From: Mycolicibacterium smegmatis
GTDB taxonomy: Bacteria; Actinomycetota; Actinomycetes; Mycobacteriales; Mycobacteriaceae
Assembly: GCF_001457595.1 (NCBI RefSeq)
Contig: NZ_LN831039.1
Coordinates: 5,160,001 to 5,192,000 of the forward strand
Direction of reading: 5' to 3'
Length of the DNA stretch: 32,000 bases
Positions 28,861 to 32,000 of this stretch are shown in pieces. Below the pieces are notes generated by a model. The model made no database searches and was not told where the DNA came from. It was given only the letters and a program-made list of their open reading frames with translations. Numbering within the stretch: the first letter of the stretch is position 1; the number at the start of each line of letters is the position of its first letter. The translations under genes and the position numbers were made by a program.

Positions 28861-29997
28861 ATGTCCGAATCTGAGCTGCAATCAGCGGTACGCGCCGCGC
28901 TGGCCAAGGTGATCGACCCCGAACTGCGTCGGCCGATCACCGAACTCGGCATGGTCAAGAGCATCTCGATCGAGCCCGACCATTCGGTGCACGTCGAGAT
29001 CTACCTGACCACCTCTGCGTGCCCCAAGAAGAACGAGATCTCCGACCTGGTGTCGGCGGCCGTCACCGACGTACCCGGCACCGGAGCCGTCAAGGTCAGC
29101 CTCGACGTGATGAACGACGAGCAGCGTGCCGAGTTGCGCAAGATGCTGCGCGGCGACTCCCGTGAGCCCGTGATCCCGTTCGCGCAGCCGAACTCGCTCA
29201 CCCGCGTCTACGCCGTCGCGTCGGGCAAGGGCGGCGTCGGAAAGTCCAGCGTCACGGTCAACCTGGCCGCGGCGATGGCCGCGCGCGGTCTGACCGTCGG
29301 CGTGCTCGACGCCGACATCTACGGCCACTCGGTGCCGCGCATGATGGGCACCACCGACCGGCCGACGCAGGTCGACTCGATGATCCTCCCGCCGGTCGCA
29401 CACGACGTGAAGGTCATCTCGATCGCGATGTTCACGCAGGGCAACACGCCCGTCGTGTGGCGCGGGCCCATGCTGCACCGCGCGCTGCAGCAGTTTTTGG
29501 CCGACGTGTACTGGGGCGACCTCGACGTCCTTCTGCTCGATCTGCCGCCCGGCACGGGTGACGTCGCGATCTCCATCGCGCAGCTCATCCCCGGAGCCGA
29601 GATCCTCGTGGTCACCACGCCGCAGCTCGCGGCGGCCGAGGTGGCCGAACGCGCAGGCGCGATCGCCCTGCAGACCCGCCAACGCATCGCCGGTGTGGTC
29701 GAGAACATGTCCGGTCTGCTGATGCCCGACGGCACCGTCATGCAACTGTTCGGTGAGGGCGGCGGCCGCCTGGTCGCCGAATCGCTCACCCGCTCGATCG
29801 GCGCCGACGTGCCGCTGTTGGGTCAGGTGCCGCTGGATCCCGCGCTGGTGTCGGCCGGCGACGCGGGTGTGCCGCTCGTGCTGTCGGCGCCGGATTCGCC
29901 CGCGGGCAAGGAACTGCGCAAGGTGGCCGACGCGTTGTCGGCGCGCAAGCGTGGCCTCGCCGGGATGTCGCTGGGCCTGGACCCGACGCGCCGCTGA
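28861..29997 (+). CDS. mrp: Mrp/NBP35 family Fe-S cluster carrier P-loop ATPase
   Basis: MIP18-like N-terminal domain, ATPase core ASGKGGVGKSSVTVNLA, GVLDADIYGHSVPRMMG, DVLLLDLPPGTGDVAISIAQ. Track ORF starts at 28858; ATG at 28861 is equally plausible. Confidence 0.95.
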   Translation: MSESELQSAVRAALAKVIDPELRRPITELGMVKSISIEPDHSVHVEIYLTTSACPKKNEISDLVSAAVTDVPGTGAVKVSLDVMNDEQRAELRKMLRGDSREPVIPFAQPNSLTRVYAVASGKGGVGKSSVTVNLAAAMAARGLTVGVLDADIYGHSVPRMMGTTDRPTQVDSMILPPVAHDVKVISIAMFTQGNTPVVWRGPMLHRALQQFLADVYWGDLDVLLLDLPPGTGDVAISIAQLIPGAEILVVTTPQLAAAEVAERAGAIALQTRQRIAGVVENMSGLLMPDGTVMQLFGEGGGRLVAESLTRSIGADVPLLGQVPLDPALVSAGDAGVPLVLSAPDSPAGKELRKVADALSARKRGLAGMSLGLDPTRR

Positions 29998-30018
29998 CGG
30001 CGTCTAGGTCGCGTCGGG
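29982..30018. terminator. Inverted repeat across the convergent mrp/tatB stops, candidate bidirectional terminator
   Basis: CCCGACGCG (29982-29990) and CGCGTCGGG (30010-30018), perfect 9-bp arms with a 19-nt loop containing the mrp stop codon and the tatB stop complement. Confidence 0.35.
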
Positions 30019-30402
30019 GTCGAACACCGGCCCGGCGGGCTTGTCCGGCTTCTCTTCGGGCTTGTCCTGCGCGGCCGGGGTCTGCGGCTGCTGCTTGGGA
30101 CGCTCGTCGTCGAACTTGCCGGTGAGGAACGAATCGTCGCCGTCGAGCAAATGTTTGGTGATCGCCGCGCGGGGCGTCATGCCGCGCAGCTTCTGCAGTT
30201 CCTGCAGCGGCTCACGCAGATCGTCGAACTCGGGCCCCAGATCCTGACGCAGCTGGCTGGTGGCGCCGCTGACGTAGTCACGGGCCTGGCGCAGCGCGCC
30301 CGACGTCCACCGGATCGCACCGGGCAGGCGTTCGGGGCCGAGGATCACCAGACCCGCGATGACCAGCACGAGCATCTCGCCCCATCCGATGTTGGCGAAC
30401 AT
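30004..30402 (-). CDS. tatB: Sec-independent protein translocase subunit TatB
   Basis: 132 aa; [43 protein letters not shown]; charged C-terminal tail. Confidence 0.93.
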
Positions 30403-30404
30403 CG

Positions 30405-31949
<1,545 letters not shown>

Positions 31950-32000
31950 CTACCGGCGCTTACGCCGGCCCCGCGTCGGGTCATCGGCGAACTTGGCCTG
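31950..32000 (-). CDS. rseA: Probable C-terminus of anti-sigma E factor RseA (truncated by the window edge)
   Basis: Minus-strand frame from 32000 reads QAKFADDPTRGRRKRR-stop (TAG at 31952-31950), directly upstream of htrA as in the mycobacterial sigE-rseA-htrA-tatB cluster. Only 16 residues are visible. Confidence 0.5.
   Translation of the reverse strand, partial: QAKFADDPTRGRRKRR

Noticed and set aside
28882-29745. 287-aa minus-strand ORF opposite mrp
   Set aside because: Antisense shadow of a strongly conserved ATPase gene.

Overview
The window is a GC-rich, densely coding mycobacterial chromosome segment. Gene content, order and the Kgd sequence fit Mycolicibacterium smegmatis or a close relative; this is from memory, with no database search. 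I support 27 CDSs, two of them cut by the window edges. In order: TM0106/UPF-type nuclease-helicase (5' truncated), FAD-linked oxidase, DHA2 MFS, Bcr/CflA MFS, small membrane protein (Rv1249c-like), kgd, MHS-family MFS, methionine aminopeptidase divergent from an XRE regulator, SDR, lpqZ, malic enzyme divergent from corA, a SUFU-domain protein, the trehalose importer sugC-sugB-sugA-lpqY, a general-stress-like membrane protein, a DUF4190-like protein, CitE-like lyase, an MgtE_N/CBS protein overlapping a DUF1003 protein, a transglycosylase-like secreted protein, mrp, tatB, htrA, and a probable rseA C-terminus. I saw no mobile element, CRISPR array, prophage or RNA gene. Nothing is clearly a new defence or biosynthetic system. 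The observations most worth follow-up are: (i) a divergent metAP/XRE pair with two 14-bp GGTATnnnnATACC operators placed almost symmetrically between the start codons, in the interval where M. tuberculosis carries relBE; (ii) a SUFU-domain gene overlapping sugC by 4 nt; (iii) a soluble PRC/MgtE_N/CBS protein overlapping a DUF1003 membrane protein by 4 nt; (iv) CRP-like sites upstream of the transglycosylase-like gene and in the Bcr/CflA promoter region; (v) large palindromes upstream of the MHS transporter and the SDR gene, and hairpin potential in the kgd leader.
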